This document shows, piece after piece, positions 48,107 to 58,732 of a stretch of DNA of 64,000 bases. Source of the stretch: Candidatus Hydrothermales bacterium (lineage in GTDB: Bacteria > Hydrothermota > Hydrothermia > Hydrothermales > JAJRUZ01); the NCBI GenBank assembly GCA_039630575.1, contig JBCNUW010000009.1, positions 1 to 64,000 on the forward strand. Reading direction: 5' to 3'. Positions within the stretch are counted from its first letter, which is position 1, and the number at the start of each line of letters is the position of its first letter. Below the pieces are notes generated by a model. That model worked only from the letters and a program-made list of their open reading frames with translations, did not search any database and was not told where the DNA came from. A program made the position numbers and the translations under genes.

Positions 48107-48667
48107 TTATCTTTGTTGAACAAAGAGAATATCTATTAAAGCAAATGTTAAAAGGCTTATTTTAAAAATTTCCTTATTTTCTAAAAGATTTATGAAGCAG
48201 ATAGAACCTTTAGTAAAGAAGATACTTCTTATTTTCCACTGGTAAAAACCTATTATTCTGTTCTGATTATCAAATAAACTTACTCTACGTTCACCAAGTT
48301 TAAAAAGTTTATTTATACGGATTTTCCCTACTAATTCGTTATATTTATTCTTAATTTCCCATTCTCTCCCTAAAAAATCTTTATAGTTAAATTTGATTAA
48401 AAGATCCATATCGGTATTTAAAAGGCTATAATTCGGTTTAAAAAAGGAAACCTTTCTTTCAAGATAAATTTCCATGTCTTTCTGCAAATCTTTTATTATT
48501 AATGTATATTTCATCAAAGCTCTAAATTTTGTTAGCCTTAAAATGTTTTCCCATAACCACTCTGATTTTTTTTCATACACTTTATAGATCAGATTTTGAT
48601 TCTCATCTAATATTTCAAATTTCGCTGGTGAGAGTTCATGTGAAAGAACTTTAATAAAAAGTTTCAT
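48107..48667 (-). CDS. Hypothetical protein, LURP-one/scramblase-like
   Basis: FEILDEN, multiple beta-strands and a terminal hydrophobic helix (LLTFALID). Confidence 0.55.
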   Translation of the reverse strand: MKLFIKVLSHELSPAKFEILDENQNLIYKVYEKKSEWLWENILRLTKFRALMKYTLIIKDLQKDMEIYLERKVSFFKPNYSLLNTDMDLLIKFNYKDFLGREWEIKNKYNELVGKIRINKLFKLGERRVSLFDNQNRIIGFYQWKIRSIFFTKGSICFINLLENKEIFKISLLTFALIDILFVQQR

Positions 48668-49077
48668 ATTATTTTTAGTTTTTTCAAACCTTTCTCTTCT
48701 CTTCTTTCAACAGCAATGTTACCTTTTATTAGAAACATTTCCAAAGTGTTTGATATTTTTGCAGAGATTAAATGTCCTCCTTTAACTTCACCATTTCTTT
48801 TTCCTATAGTAACATGGAAATGAAAGTTAGGAGAAGTATTAGGAGTTATAATACCTGAAATCCCTAGTACTTCAGAAGGTTCATTTTCATTATGTATCTC
48901 ATACTCTATTCCGTTCCAAAATCCCATTTTAATTTCTTTCATCATTCCTAAGGCTGAAATAACTGTTAGAACATTTTCACTTTTAAAAATTTGGGAAAGT
49001 TCATTTACTTTTTGAATGAGGTCTTCACCGTCTTCAAAGATTATCACGATGATTTTTCCATCATCTTTAAATTCCAT
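48664..49077 (-). CDS. PPC/DUF296 domain protein
   Basis: GEDL, SALG, HFHVT, GGHL, TLE. Confidence 0.88.
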   Translation of the reverse strand: MEFKDDGKIIVIIFEDGEDLIQKVNELSQIFKSENVLTVISALGMMKEIKMGFWNGIEYEIHNENEPSEVLGISGIITPNTSPNFHFHVTIGKRNGEVKGGHLISAKISNTLEMFLIKGNIAVERREEKGLKKLKII

Positions 49078-49183
49078 TTTTTCTCCTTTTTTAAAATTTA
49101 TAAAGAAATATTAATTGAAGTAAACTAAAATTTGCAATTTTTTAAAAGAAAAATTAATCTTATAATAAATTTTTAAAGGAGGT

Positions 49184-50278
49184 TTGAAAATTAAAAAAGC
49201 AATTTTCCTTAAAAGATTAAACAGATTCACCGTTCAATGTTATTCTGGAAATAGAAAATTGAATGCTTACCTTCCTAATCCTGGAAGGTTATGGGAACTT
49301 TTGATTCCAGGTAGAATTCTTTACTTGAAAAAGAATAGGGGTAATTTTAATTTTAAAGTTTTTGCTACTTTAAGAGAAAATGAACTTATATGTCTTGATA
49401 CTCATCATACAAATAATGTTGTAAAAGAAATTTTAAAAGAGGGGTTTATTAAAGATTTGAAAAGTTATAAATTAAAAGAGGAAGAAATCAGAATTGGTAA
49501 TAAAAGGATAGATTTTCTTCTTGAAAAGGGTGGAGATCTTTTTCCTCTTGAAGTAAAGTCATGCACACTTTATAATGATGGTATAGCAATGTTTCCCGAT
49601 GCGGTGACAGAAAGGGGTAGAAACCATGTTGAGTTAATTGCTAAATATAAAGGAATTATAATTTTTGTTGTTTACTTTTCCAAGGCTGAATATTTTTTAC
49701 CAGACTTTCATACAGATCCTTTGTTTTCAAGGACTTTATCAGAATATAGAAACAGTATTTTGATAAAGCCAATATCTATAAAACTAGATGAAGGCGGAAG
49801 TTTTAAGTTTATAAAAGAGCTTAAGATTCCATGGCATGTATATGATAGAGAGGGAAAAGATAAAGGAAGTTATATAATTTACGGAGAATTAAAAGAAGAT
49901 ATAACAATTAGGATTGGCGAGCTTGGAAGAAAATTTTTTGAAAAGGGATATTACCTTTATGTTGGTTCTGCGATGAATTCTTTAAGCAAAAGAGTCAAAA
50001 GACATTTGAAAAAAAATAAAAATGTAAAATGGCATATAGATTACCTTATCTCTTATTTTGAAAACATAAAACCCATAGAAATAAGGTCATCAGAGAAGAT
50101 TGAATGTGCAATTTCAAAAGAACTTGGAAGTATATATGAAAATGTTGAAAAGTTTGGATCCTCTGATTGTAAATGCAAAAGTCATCTTTATTTCTCTTTT
50201 AAAAATCCCTTCGAAGATGAAAGATTCATAGAAATTCTTTTAAAATATCGCATCAGTAGATTAAAGAATTTTATTTAA
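49184..50278 (+). CDS. sfsA: SfsA nuclease fused to a DUF123 (GIY-YIG/Uri) domain
   Basis: RLNRF, LPNPGRL, RIDF, EVKSCTL, FPDAVTERG; then GYYLYVGSA, RH, WHIDYL, FGSSDCKCKSHL. Confidence 0.88.
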   Translation: MKIKKAIFLKRLNRFTVQCYSGNRKLNAYLPNPGRLWELLIPGRILYLKKNRGNFNFKVFATLRENELICLDTHHTNNVVKEILKEGFIKDLKSYKLKEEEIRIGNKRIDFLLEKGGDLFPLEVKSCTLYNDGIAMFPDAVTERGRNHVELIAKYKGIIIFVVYFSKAEYFLPDFHTDPLFSRTLSEYRNSILIKPISIKLDEGGSFKFIKELKIPWHVYDREGKDKGSYIIYGELKEDITIRIGELGRKFFEKGYYLYVGSAMNSLSKRVKRHLKKNKNVKWHIDYLISYFENIKPIEIRSSEKIECAISKELGSIYENVEKFGSSDCKCKSHLYFSFKNPFEDERFIEILLKYRISRLKNFI

Positions 50279-50368
50279 ATATAGTTTTAGGATTTTTTGT
50301 TCTTTTAAAGATTGTACTTTAAAAAGTAATAATTTTGAGAAGTTTTATAAGCTAAAAGCACATGATTC

Positions 50369-52543
50369 TTATTTTGGTAAAATTTTAAGAACTTTATTAA
50401 AATCTTCTTTTTCAATCTTTATATATTCTCCTTTTTCCCATAACTTCAGTTGGTCAGATGAATTTTTATCAATAAAGTTGCCACTTTGGCCTGGTGGTAA
50501 TACTATGTAAATGTTGTCATTTTTCAAATCAACAATCATTCTCATTGAAGGTCCCTCAATTATGTCAAGAGGTTTCAGTGGAGAGTAACCCATTTTGTTT
50601 GGTGTTTCCAAACTTCCTGAGACACTTAAGGGACCTTTTGTGAAAAATTTTTTAAGAATGAAAATATTTGAAAAGGGATGTTTAAACGTAGCTTTTGCAT
50701 GTTTCCCGTATTTTTCAAATTTTACATCTTTTGCAAATTTTCTAAAAGCTGACACTATAATCTCATCGTTTATATTTCCGTTTTTTAAATTTATTTCAAA
50801 GGAAGAAAAAGGAACAGAGGCTAAATCTATAAATTCTCTATAGAGAGTATCACCTAAGAGTGGTTTGAAGTATTCCTCCATGATTTTTAAAATTAGCTTG
50901 GTGTATAAATATGGTTCGACTTTATTTTTGTCAAAGGAGTGATCCCATTTCTCTAAAATATCTAAAATCTTTTTTTCTTTTTTATTTAAATTTATTTTTT
51001 TACAAGCATTAAAAACTTTTTCAAGAACAAATTTTGAAAATTCACTTTTAATGTCGTTTTGAATATTTTTTAAAGAAAAAAGATTTATTTCTTTCATTCT
51101 TTTTAAATTTTTTTCGTATCTCTTTGCCCTCGCAGAAAAGGAGAAGTAAACAGAAAGATAATAAGGAAAATCTCTGAAAGGTGGGTTGTTTGTAGAGAAA
51201 AGGTAAGGAGGGTTTAAAATATATGGAATTTCATCAGGTAATAAAAAATCTTTTGGAATACTGTCTCTTTCTAAAATTGATATTTCCTTTTTTCTTTCAA
51301 TCCACGCACAGGGAGTATATAAAATGTTTCCTGAATTATCAGCAATAATAAAATTTAAAGAGGGAGTTTTGAATTCCCTAAGTGACCTTTTTGCGTCAAA
51401 GACATTTTTTGATAAGTACAAATTATAAATTGAGAAATATTCATGTGATATAAGAAATCCACGCCAGAAATAACAAAATACATACTCCTTATCTTCCTTA
51501 ATCACCGGTAAGTTGTCTTTCAATAAAATTTTTATTTTTTTAGTCTTATTTTTGACTTTTATTTCTTCAAAAATTGTATCAATTTTTTCTTTTTTAAATT
51601 TTATGAAGTCACCTTCATCAAGAGATAAAGATGTTACACCAACTGCAATTTTTGAATTTTTCCCCAAAATAACTAATGGAATACCAGGAATTGAAAAACC
51701 CATTAAAATTAACGTGTCGATTTGTAGAATGTTGAAATACCAAATAGGAGGAAAGGTAAATTCAAGATGGGGATCATTAAGTAGGAATGTGGGATTTTTT
51801 ATAGCACAGGCGTTTGATGTCATGGTGAAATTGTAAAAATTCTTTAAAATTGATGAAATATTTTTAATTTCTTTTATTTCCTTTTCAAAATTTGCGTCAC
51901 TTACAAAGGGGGCATCCTCTGGATAATGAGGTAATACCTTCTTTAAAATATCCCCACCTTTTTTATTTTTTATTGTTGTGAAAATTAGGTCACCTATAAA
52001 GGAAAAGTTTAAATTCCAGCCAATTAGTTTTCCAATTTCTACTGAATTAATCGGAGTCCATATCTCAGGAAAATACCTTAAAATTAAAAATTCTATAGGT
52101 AATACCCCCTTACATTTTTCTATGAAAGCATTCACACCTTCTGTGTAACTTTTAAGAATTTCCTCTTCAATGGGATACAGAGATTTAAACAACAATTCGC
52201 TGTTTCTTTTTATTCCGATTAATCTAAAAAAAGAATCAATTTTAAATAACTTTTCACCGAATATTTCTGATAATTTTCCTTCACAGATTCTTCGCCATAT
52301 ATCCATCTGAAATAGCCTATCTTGGGCATGTAAAAAACCCTGAACAAAGAAAAGATCATGAGTATTTTTTGCTTGAATCCATGGAATACCGTATTCGTTA
52401 AATCTTACAATAACAGTATCTTTTAATCCTTCCAGGGTAATAGAGCCCTTCCTCCTTGGAAGGGTTAAATGAAAGTAAAAAGATAGGAAGAAAATTAAAA
52501 GTAAAAAGATAACAAAGATAAAAGTACATATTCTCTTACACAT
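50369..52543 (-). CDS. Penicillin acylase (Ntn-hydrolase, S45) family protein
   Basis: YGIPWI, QGFLHAQDRLFQMD, SN nucleophile site, NDPHL, PGIP, PGQSG. Confidence 0.9.
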   Translation of the reverse strand: MCKRICTFIFVIFLLLIFFLSFYFHLTLPRRKGSITLEGLKDTVIVRFNEYGIPWIQAKNTHDLFFVQGFLHAQDRLFQMDIWRRICEGKLSEIFGEKLFKIDSFFRLIGIKRNSELLFKSLYPIEEEILKSYTEGVNAFIEKCKGVLPIEFLILRYFPEIWTPINSVEIGKLIGWNLNFSFIGDLIFTTIKNKKGGDILKKVLPHYPEDAPFVSDANFEKEIKEIKNISSILKNFYNFTMTSNACAIKNPTFLLNDPHLEFTFPPIWYFNILQIDTLILMGFSIPGIPLVILGKNSKIAVGVTSLSLDEGDFIKFKKEKIDTIFEEIKVKNKTKKIKILLKDNLPVIKEDKEYVFCYFWRGFLISHEYFSIYNLYLSKNVFDAKRSLREFKTPSLNFIIADNSGNILYTPCAWIERKKEISILERDSIPKDFLLPDEIPYILNPPYLFSTNNPPFRDFPYYLSVYFSFSARAKRYEKNLKRMKEINLFSLKNIQNDIKSEFSKFVLEKVFNACKKINLNKKEKKILDILEKWDHSFDKNKVEPYLYTKLILKIMEEYFKPLLGDTLYREFIDLASVPFSSFEINLKNGNINDEIIVSAFRKFAKDVKFEKYGKHAKATFKHPFSNIFILKKFFTKGPLSVSGSLETPNKMGYSPLKPLDIIEGPSMRMIVDLKNDNIYIVLPPGQSGNFIDKNSSDQLKLWEKGEYIKIEKEDFNKVLKILPK

Positions 52544-53085
52544 AATAATGATTTTAATTATAATTCTTTATGATTCTGAAATTGCAATTAGAAATTGATA
52601 TATTTTTGAGGCCAAAAGATATTAAGTTTTTAAAAATTCGTCATATACCTTAAAAAATTTAACTATATCCTTTATAATTCTCATAGAAAAATTGAATTTA
52701 AGATTCATACGTGCACCTGAGTACTTGCTTTTTAAGACAAAGCAGATGGAGGAGAAAATAGAAGATGAATATTTTAATAAAGTACCTATTATAAGCCTTA
52801 CTGAGAAAGAGTCCTATTAAAAAAACCTACTTATTTTATTCCCATATGGAATAAGTATGAAGGAAAAAGATGTGGAGTAAGCTCTTTAAAACATTGATTG
52901 AAATAATTGAAATTATAAAAATATTCATCCTTTAAAATTTGAGTGAAAAAACACAAAATGAATTTGAAAACTTAAGAATGCCCCTTGATTTTCCTGCTAT
53001 AAATCACATCTTAAAAGAAACGATTTTTAAAATATGTACCATTTGAAAATTTTTTTTAAAACAACTTATGAATTATAATAAAATA

Positions 53086-56000
53086 ATGAAGTTTAAAATA
53101 TGTGCAAGATGTGGGTTTAAAAATGTATATGAAGCGAAATATTGTGCTGGTTGCGGAACAAAGTTAGAAGAGGTAGAATTAGAGGGGGAAATAAAAAGAT
53201 GCTGTGTTTCTTTTCTTGAAATTTCAAATTACGAAGAGTTAAAAGATGAATTTATACTTGAAGAGGAATTTAAGGATTTCTTATTAATCCTCTCCCAAGA
53301 AATAAATTCCTCTGTTGAAAAATATGAAGGTAAAGTTGGTAAATTTATGTGGCCAGAGATTATGATATGGTTTGGTGCTCCAAAGATAGTTGAAAATCCC
53401 TATGAAAGGGTTATCCTATCAATATTTGATATCAAAAATAAGATAAAAGAGATATCTAATATAAAGAATGTAAATATATCTATAAAGGCAGGGGTACACT
53501 ATGGAGAGGCAGTTCTATGCCTTTTAGGAAACAAAGACTATAAAGAATATACCTTAATAGGGGACACCGTAAATACAGCTCAAAGAGTTAAGGAGGTAGC
53601 AGGAGAAGATGAAATAGTCATAACAGAAGCCCTTTCAAAAAAGCTTTCAAAAATTTTTGAATTAAAAGAAAAAGGGAAATTTTTACTTAAAGGCAAAAAA
53701 GAAGAAATAAATTTATATAAAGTTATTGAACCAAAAAAAGAAAGAGGAAAAATAAGAGGAATTGAAGGACTTTATTCAGAAATGGTAGGAAGAGAAAAAG
53801 AAATGGAAGAAGCTCTTTTTCATTTTGAAAAATTTTTAATAGATAAAAAGCTTAAGGGAATTATCATAATGGGAGAGCCGGGAATTGGTAAATCCCGCTT
53901 TCTTTTTGAATTCATTAAAAATATTGAAAAATATAATGTTAAAGTTTATGAAACAAAGTTTTTACCTTTTGGGCAAACTGTCTATTTTCCTTTTGAAAGT
54001 TTATTAAAGAAAATTATAGAAATAAAAGAAGACGATAATAGAGAAAATATAAAGAATAGAATTGATGAATTCGTTAATACTATTTTTCCAAAAGAAAGAC
54101 TAAAAGAAATAAAAATTCTTGAAGTTTTGTATGATTTTTTTGGAATTGAAAGTTTAAAGGAAAAATTTGAATCAAGTATTTTTCAAAACATTTTATTTTA
54201 TACATTCAAGACAATTTTTGAAAAACTATCAAAAGAAGGATTACTTTTCTGTATCGAAGATTTTCATTGGGCTGACCCAAGCTCATTATCTTTATTACAT
54301 TATCTAATAGAGTTTTTAAGAGAAAGAGAAATATTCATAGTTATTGTATCAAGACCTCTTTATGAAAAGGGAGAAATATTTAAATTTTTAGAGCATTTAA
54401 AAGAAGAGAAAGATTTTAAAGAAATAAGTTTAAAAGAACTTAAAGAAGAGGAAACAAATCTCTTAATAGAAAACCTTTTAAATATTGCAGTAATTAAACC
54501 TTATTTGAAAGAAATTATATATAAAAAGTCAGAAGGGAACCCCCTTTATATTGAAGAGATACTTAAAATTTTAATTGAAAAGGGATTTTTTGAAAAAGTT
54601 AAGGGGAAGTGGGTTCAAATAAAAGATATAAGTGAAATAGAAATTCCAGATACACTTGAAGAAATAATCCTCTCACGAGTTGATAACTTACCTTTAATGG
54701 AAAAGGTAGTATTACAAAGAGCGAGCGTAATTGGTAGAAATTTTTGGGATATAATTTTGCAGGAGCTTGTTGAAAGACCTGTCTTTTACTATCTTCAAAA
54801 TCTTGAAAAACTTGATTTTATAAGACATAAGGGAGAAGCAGGAATATTTATTGGAATTGAATATATATTTAAACACTATCTGATAAGAGAGGCAATTTAT
54901 AGAAGCATAATAGAGGAGATAAAAAAGAAAGTACATTTAAAAGTTGCAGAAACACTTGAAAGAATTATATTACCTGAGCATATAAGAAATTATTATAAGT
55001 CACTTGCTTATCACTTTGAAAGGGGTGAAAATTTTGAAAAGTCAGCTTTTTATTATTTAGAAAACGGAAAAATTTTAAAAGATAAAAGTCTTTATTATGA
55101 GGCTCTTGAAGATTTTGAAAAAGTTAAAGAGATTTCTGATAAGTACAATGTTTTAAAAGAAAAAAAATTTGAAATAAATTTAAATCTTGCAGAAATTCTT
55201 TCAAGATTAGGTAAAAAAGACAAAGCTATGGATGTTTATAATGAAGTTTTTAATTTCGTGAAAAATGAGGAAGAAGAATATAACTTATATTATTCTCTGT
55301 CGGATCATTATCAAAGTATTAGTGATTATAAAAGCTCAGCCTATTTTTTAGAAAAAGCTTCTTCTGTTGCAAAAGATAATATAAAAAAAATAAAAGTTTT
55401 ACTCTTCAGTTCATGGTTAAATTATTTAACAGGAGCTCTTGATCTTGCGATTAATGACCTAAATAATGCCTTTGAAATTTTAAATAAGGAACAAATTGAT
55501 TCAGATAGAAAGAATTCATTTCTAATAAGTATTTACGATCGTTTTGCTATATATAAGATGGATGAAGGTAAACTTGATGAGGCGATTGAGGATTTTGAAA
55601 GGGCAATTGAGCTTTCAGAGAAAATCCAAAAAATTGAAAGAATAGGGACTCTTTATAACAATTTAGGAGATACTTTAAGGTGTGCTGGAAAGATAGAAAA
55701 GGCGGAAGAAATATTATTAAAGGCAAAGGAATGGGCAGAGAAAACAGGAGACATGCTTTTACTTGCAATTGTCCATAACAACCTTGGAGAACTTTATAAT
55801 GATATAGGTATGAATGATTTAGCAGAAGAAAAATTTAAATTTTATTTAGAATTAAATAAAAAAATTAGAAATAGACTCGGTGATGGTTATGGCAATTTAG
55901 GTCTTGGAAGAATATATATGGATAAAAATGATTTAAAAAATGCAGAAGAAAGATTTTTAGAAGCTTTAAAGATTTTTGAAGAAGTAAAAAGTAAAAGAAT

Positions 56001-56430
56001 GTTAAATTTTGGAAAATGTGATTTTGTTTTATTGAAAATTGCTCAGAGGAAATTTGAAGAAGCTGAAAGTTTAATATACGAAATTTTAAGTTATGCAGTT
56101 TCCACTTCTTTAGATGAATTAATTTATAGAAGTTATGTCTTAAAAATACTACTTTTATGGAAGAAATACAGTGAAGATACTCAAAAACTTTACGAAATTT
56201 TTGATATTGAGAGAGAAGCAAGAAAGTTTGAGAAAAATGTTTTTAACTTTATTTATACATTGAAATTAAGAGAAACTCTTTTTATGGTATCGCAGAAATT
56301 AGAGAGGGAGACTAAAAAATATTATGAGGAATTTAAAAATTTTTTAGATGAAATCATTTTGAATATGAATGAGGAAAAGAGAAATGCTTTTGTAAAAAAA
56401 TACGGTTTTTCTGAGTTTTTGAATGAATGA
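53086..56430 (+). CDS. Zn-ribbon + class III cyclase (C2-like half) + STAND AAA ATPase + TPR protein
   Basis: CxxC...CxxC, YTLIGDTVNTAQR, Walker A GEPGIGKS, Walker B IEDFHWAD, GNPLYIEE, TPRs. Start is ATG 53086 (6 nt after TATAAT) or 53068. Confidence 0.9.
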   Translation: MKFKICARCGFKNVYEAKYCAGCGTKLEEVELEGEIKRCCVSFLEISNYEELKDEFILEEEFKDFLLILSQEINSSVEKYEGKVGKFMWPEIMIWFGAPKIVENPYERVILSIFDIKNKIKEISNIKNVNISIKAGVHYGEAVLCLLGNKDYKEYTLIGDTVNTAQRVKEVAGEDEIVITEALSKKLSKIFELKEKGKFLLKGKKEEINLYKVIEPKKERGKIRGIEGLYSEMVGREKEMEEALFHFEKFLIDKKLKGIIIMGEPGIGKSRFLFEFIKNIEKYNVKVYETKFLPFGQTVYFPFESLLKKIIEIKEDDNRENIKNRIDEFVNTIFPKERLKEIKILEVLYDFFGIESLKEKFESSIFQNILFYTFKTIFEKLSKEGLLFCIEDFHWADPSSLSLLHYLIEFLREREIFIVIVSRPLYEKGEIFKFLEHLKEEKDFKEISLKELKEEETNLLIENLLNIAVIKPYLKEIIYKKSEGNPLYIEEILKILIEKGFFEKVKGKWVQIKDISEIEIPDTLEEIILSRVDNLPLMEKVVLQRASVIGRNFWDIILQELVERPVFYYLQNLEKLDFIRHKGEAGIFIGIEYIFKHYLIREAIYRSIIEEIKKKVHLKVAETLERIILPEHIRNYYKSLAYHFERGENFEKSAFYYLENGKILKDKSLYYEALEDFEKVKEISDKYNVLKEKKFEINLNLAEILSRLGKKDKAMDVYNEVFNFVKNEEEEYNLYYSLSDHYQSISDYKSSAYFLEKASSVAKDNIKKIKVLLFSSWLNYLTGALDLAINDLNNAFEILNKEQIDSDRKNSFLISIYDRFAIYKMDEGKLDEAIEDFERAIELSEKIQKIERIGTLYNNLGDTLRCAGKIEKAEEILLKAKEWAEKTGDMLLLAIVHNNLGELYNDIGMNDLAEEKFKFYLELNKKIRNRLGDGYGNLGLGRIYMDKNDLKNAEERFLEALKIFEEVKSKRMLNFGKCDFVLLKIAQRKFEEAESLIYEILSYAVSTSLDELIYRSYVLKILLLWKKYSEDTQKLYEIFDIEREARKFEKNVFNFIYTLKLRETLFMVSQKLERETKKYYEEFKNFLDEIILNMNEEKRNAFVKKYGFSEFLNE

Positions 56431-58102
56431 GAATATTTTGAAAAAAAGTTTAGTTTTATTTTTTAGTGACCTTGTTGGTTATACAAGTTTATCAGAGAAG
56501 AGAAAGCCTGAAGAAGTTTTTTTAATTTTAAAAGAAATTTATAAGATTTGTGAAGAAATAATAAAAAAAAATGGTGGAAAAGTTGTTTCATATATAGGAG
56601 ATGCAATTTTTGCAGTGTTTGGATATCCAGAGGTTTCCCCAAGAGATTTTGAAAAAATGATTATATCCTGTGTACAAATAAACGAAATTTTGAAAAAAAA
56701 CTTTAATATCTTGATAAAATTTTCCGTCCATTTTGATGAGGTAGAAACTGATATAGATGAGACAGGAAATTTAATAGTTTCAGGTAAGGGAGTAGATTTT
56801 GTAAAAGATATAAATAAATTTTCTTCATCTGAAAAAATTTTGGTTTCTGAAAATGTTTATAAAATTTTAAAAGAAAAATATCCTTTTGGAGTTTTAAAGA
56901 AAATAAATTTATATAATAGAGATTTCTATGTTTATGAGATTAATTTGAAAGAAATTGAAGAAAAAGATACTTACATTTCAAGTTTAATAGAAATTGAAGA
57001 AAAAAAGAAAAGATATTTTGAGAGTTACAAAACTTCTCACAGTTTTGAAGAAATTTTTGAAGCTGGAATAGGTCTTATTTATTTTTTCATAAGAGAGGGT
57101 AATTTTTACAGTGCTTACAGTATGATACAGGAATTGATGAAAGTGGTAAAGGATAATAGTTTAGAAAAGGTAAAGTTGTTAAATTCTTTAGCATGGCTAT
57201 ATTATATTACAGGGAGAATAAACGAAGGTAAAAATAAAATAGAGGAAGCTCTGAAATTATTTGAAATTATTGATGAAAATGAAGAAAGCAAAAAGGTTTT
57301 TTTAATGACAAAAAATTTTTCAGGGCTTTTTTTCTATAGACTAGGCGATTATTTTTCTGCAAAGTTAAATTATACGGAATGTATAAAAAAAGCAAAGATT
57401 ATAGGAGGAGAAAGGTTTTTTACTCCTTATTTAACAAATCTCGGAAATACATATTTTCAGATGGGTGAATTTTTGAAATCAGAAGCCTGTCATAGATATT
57501 CGTATAAATTAAAAGAGAAGAACAAAATGTATATCAATTTACCTGCAACATTAATTTCCTATGCAAACTTGTTGATTGAAATGGGAAATTTTAAAGAAGC
57601 AGAAAAATTGTTAGAAAAAGCTGAAAAAATAATTAACGATTATTCTTTAAGAATTCAACAAATTTTTTATTATTATACTCTTGGTAATTTTTTCTTTTTG
57701 AAAGAAAATGGTGGTATAGAATATTATCAAAGAGCTCTTTCTACCTGTTCAGAAATTAATTATAGCTTTCCTGTCCCTATGGTACTGGCAGGCATAGGAA
57801 TATATAATTCCTATCATTTAAAGAATAAGGAAAGAACTTTCAAAATAATTGAGAAAGCACTTAATCTTTCATCTGAGCAGAATAATTTTGAGTATTTCAT
57901 TCTTTCAAAGTTGGCTCTTTTATACGCTCTTGTAAGATTTAATGAAAAATTTGATGAAGAACTAATTAATATAAACCAGATGATTTGTAAAAAACATCAC
58001 TTAAGATTCATACCAGAGTTAAAAGAAATTTCAAAAATGGATGACAATTATAGAGATTTTAAAATTTTAAAGTACAAAAAAAATTTAATCATAAAGCTTT
58101 AA
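56423..58102 (+). CDS. Class III cyclase (C1-like half) + TPR protein
   Basis: FFSDLVGYTSLSE, YIGDAIFAVFG, followed by TPR repeats; overlaps the upstream stop (ATGAATGA). Confidence 0.85.
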   Translation: MNENILKKSLVLFFSDLVGYTSLSEKRKPEEVFLILKEIYKICEEIIKKNGGKVVSYIGDAIFAVFGYPEVSPRDFEKMIISCVQINEILKKNFNILIKFSVHFDEVETDIDETGNLIVSGKGVDFVKDINKFSSSEKILVSENVYKILKEKYPFGVLKKINLYNRDFYVYEINLKEIEEKDTYISSLIEIEEKKKRYFESYKTSHSFEEIFEAGIGLIYFFIREGNFYSAYSMIQELMKVVKDNSLEKVKLLNSLAWLYYITGRINEGKNKIEEALKLFEIIDENEESKKVFLMTKNFSGLFFYRLGDYFSAKLNYTECIKKAKIIGGERFFTPYLTNLGNTYFQMGEFLKSEACHRYSYKLKEKNKMYINLPATLISYANLLIEMGNFKEAEKLLEKAEKIINDYSLRIQQIFYYYTLGNFFFLKENGGIEYYQRALSTCSEINYSFPVPMVLAGIGIYNSYHLKNKERTFKIIEKALNLSSEQNNFEYFILSKLALLYALVRFNEKFDEELININQMICKKHHLRFIPELKEISKMDDNYRDFKILKYKKNLIIKL

Positions 58103-58558
58103 CTTTTTTATCTTTTCAAGATGTTCTCTTGAATGCTCAATTTGAGCTTCTATACATTCAAAGATTGTAGTTTTCCCTTCCCAGGGTGGTTCAAATTCTT
58201 TCTTTAGCATCTTTTCATCAAGAGTTTTTAAAAACAAAATTAATTCATTAGAAACTTTTTCAAGTTCTTCTTTCAATTCCAAAGCACTAAAATTTTTTCT
58301 TTTATTTATTTCCCTTTCATTCCATTCATCAATATCTTTTTGAGTTTTCAAAAAATAGTTCCATTTAAACTTTCCTTCTTGTGTTTTTTTCATAATCTCA
58401 AGTATTTCCCTTTTCCATGAAATTATATGAGCAATTGCATCCTTTATACTCCAGTTCTTAATCTTTTTCTCTAAAATAGAGGGAGCCATATTAAGTATTT
58501 CTATTATTTCCTTATTTATCTCTTCCAGTTCTTTCAAAAATTTTTCAATTTCTTTCAT
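58085..58558 (-). CDS. DinB/DfsB-like four-helix bundle protein
   Basis: WSIKDAIAHIISW, N, EHSREH. Confidence 0.85.
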   Translation of the reverse strand: MKEIEKFLKELEEINKEIIEILNMAPSILEKKIKNWSIKDAIAHIISWKREILEIMKKTQEGKFKWNYFLKTQKDIDEWNEREINKRKNFSALELKEELEKVSNELILFLKTLDEKMLKKEFEPPWEGKTTIFECIEAQIEHSREHLEKIKKLKLYD

Positions 58559-58732
58559 TTAGATAAAATTTTAGCAAATTTAATGCGTATTCTTTGAAAG
58601 TTAGATGAAAATTTGATAGTTGAGTATAAGTTTCTTCAAAAGATATGAAAAAAGTAAAATTAATATTTACACTCATTTCTTTTATTATAGTCTTTAATTG
58701 TTTTAGAGTTCAAATTTTTTTATTTCAGATAA

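Noticed and set aside
52560..53060. Identifiable gene or ncRNA between the acylase and the cyclase
   Set aside because: Only short, stop-interrupted fragments with no motif I can recognise.
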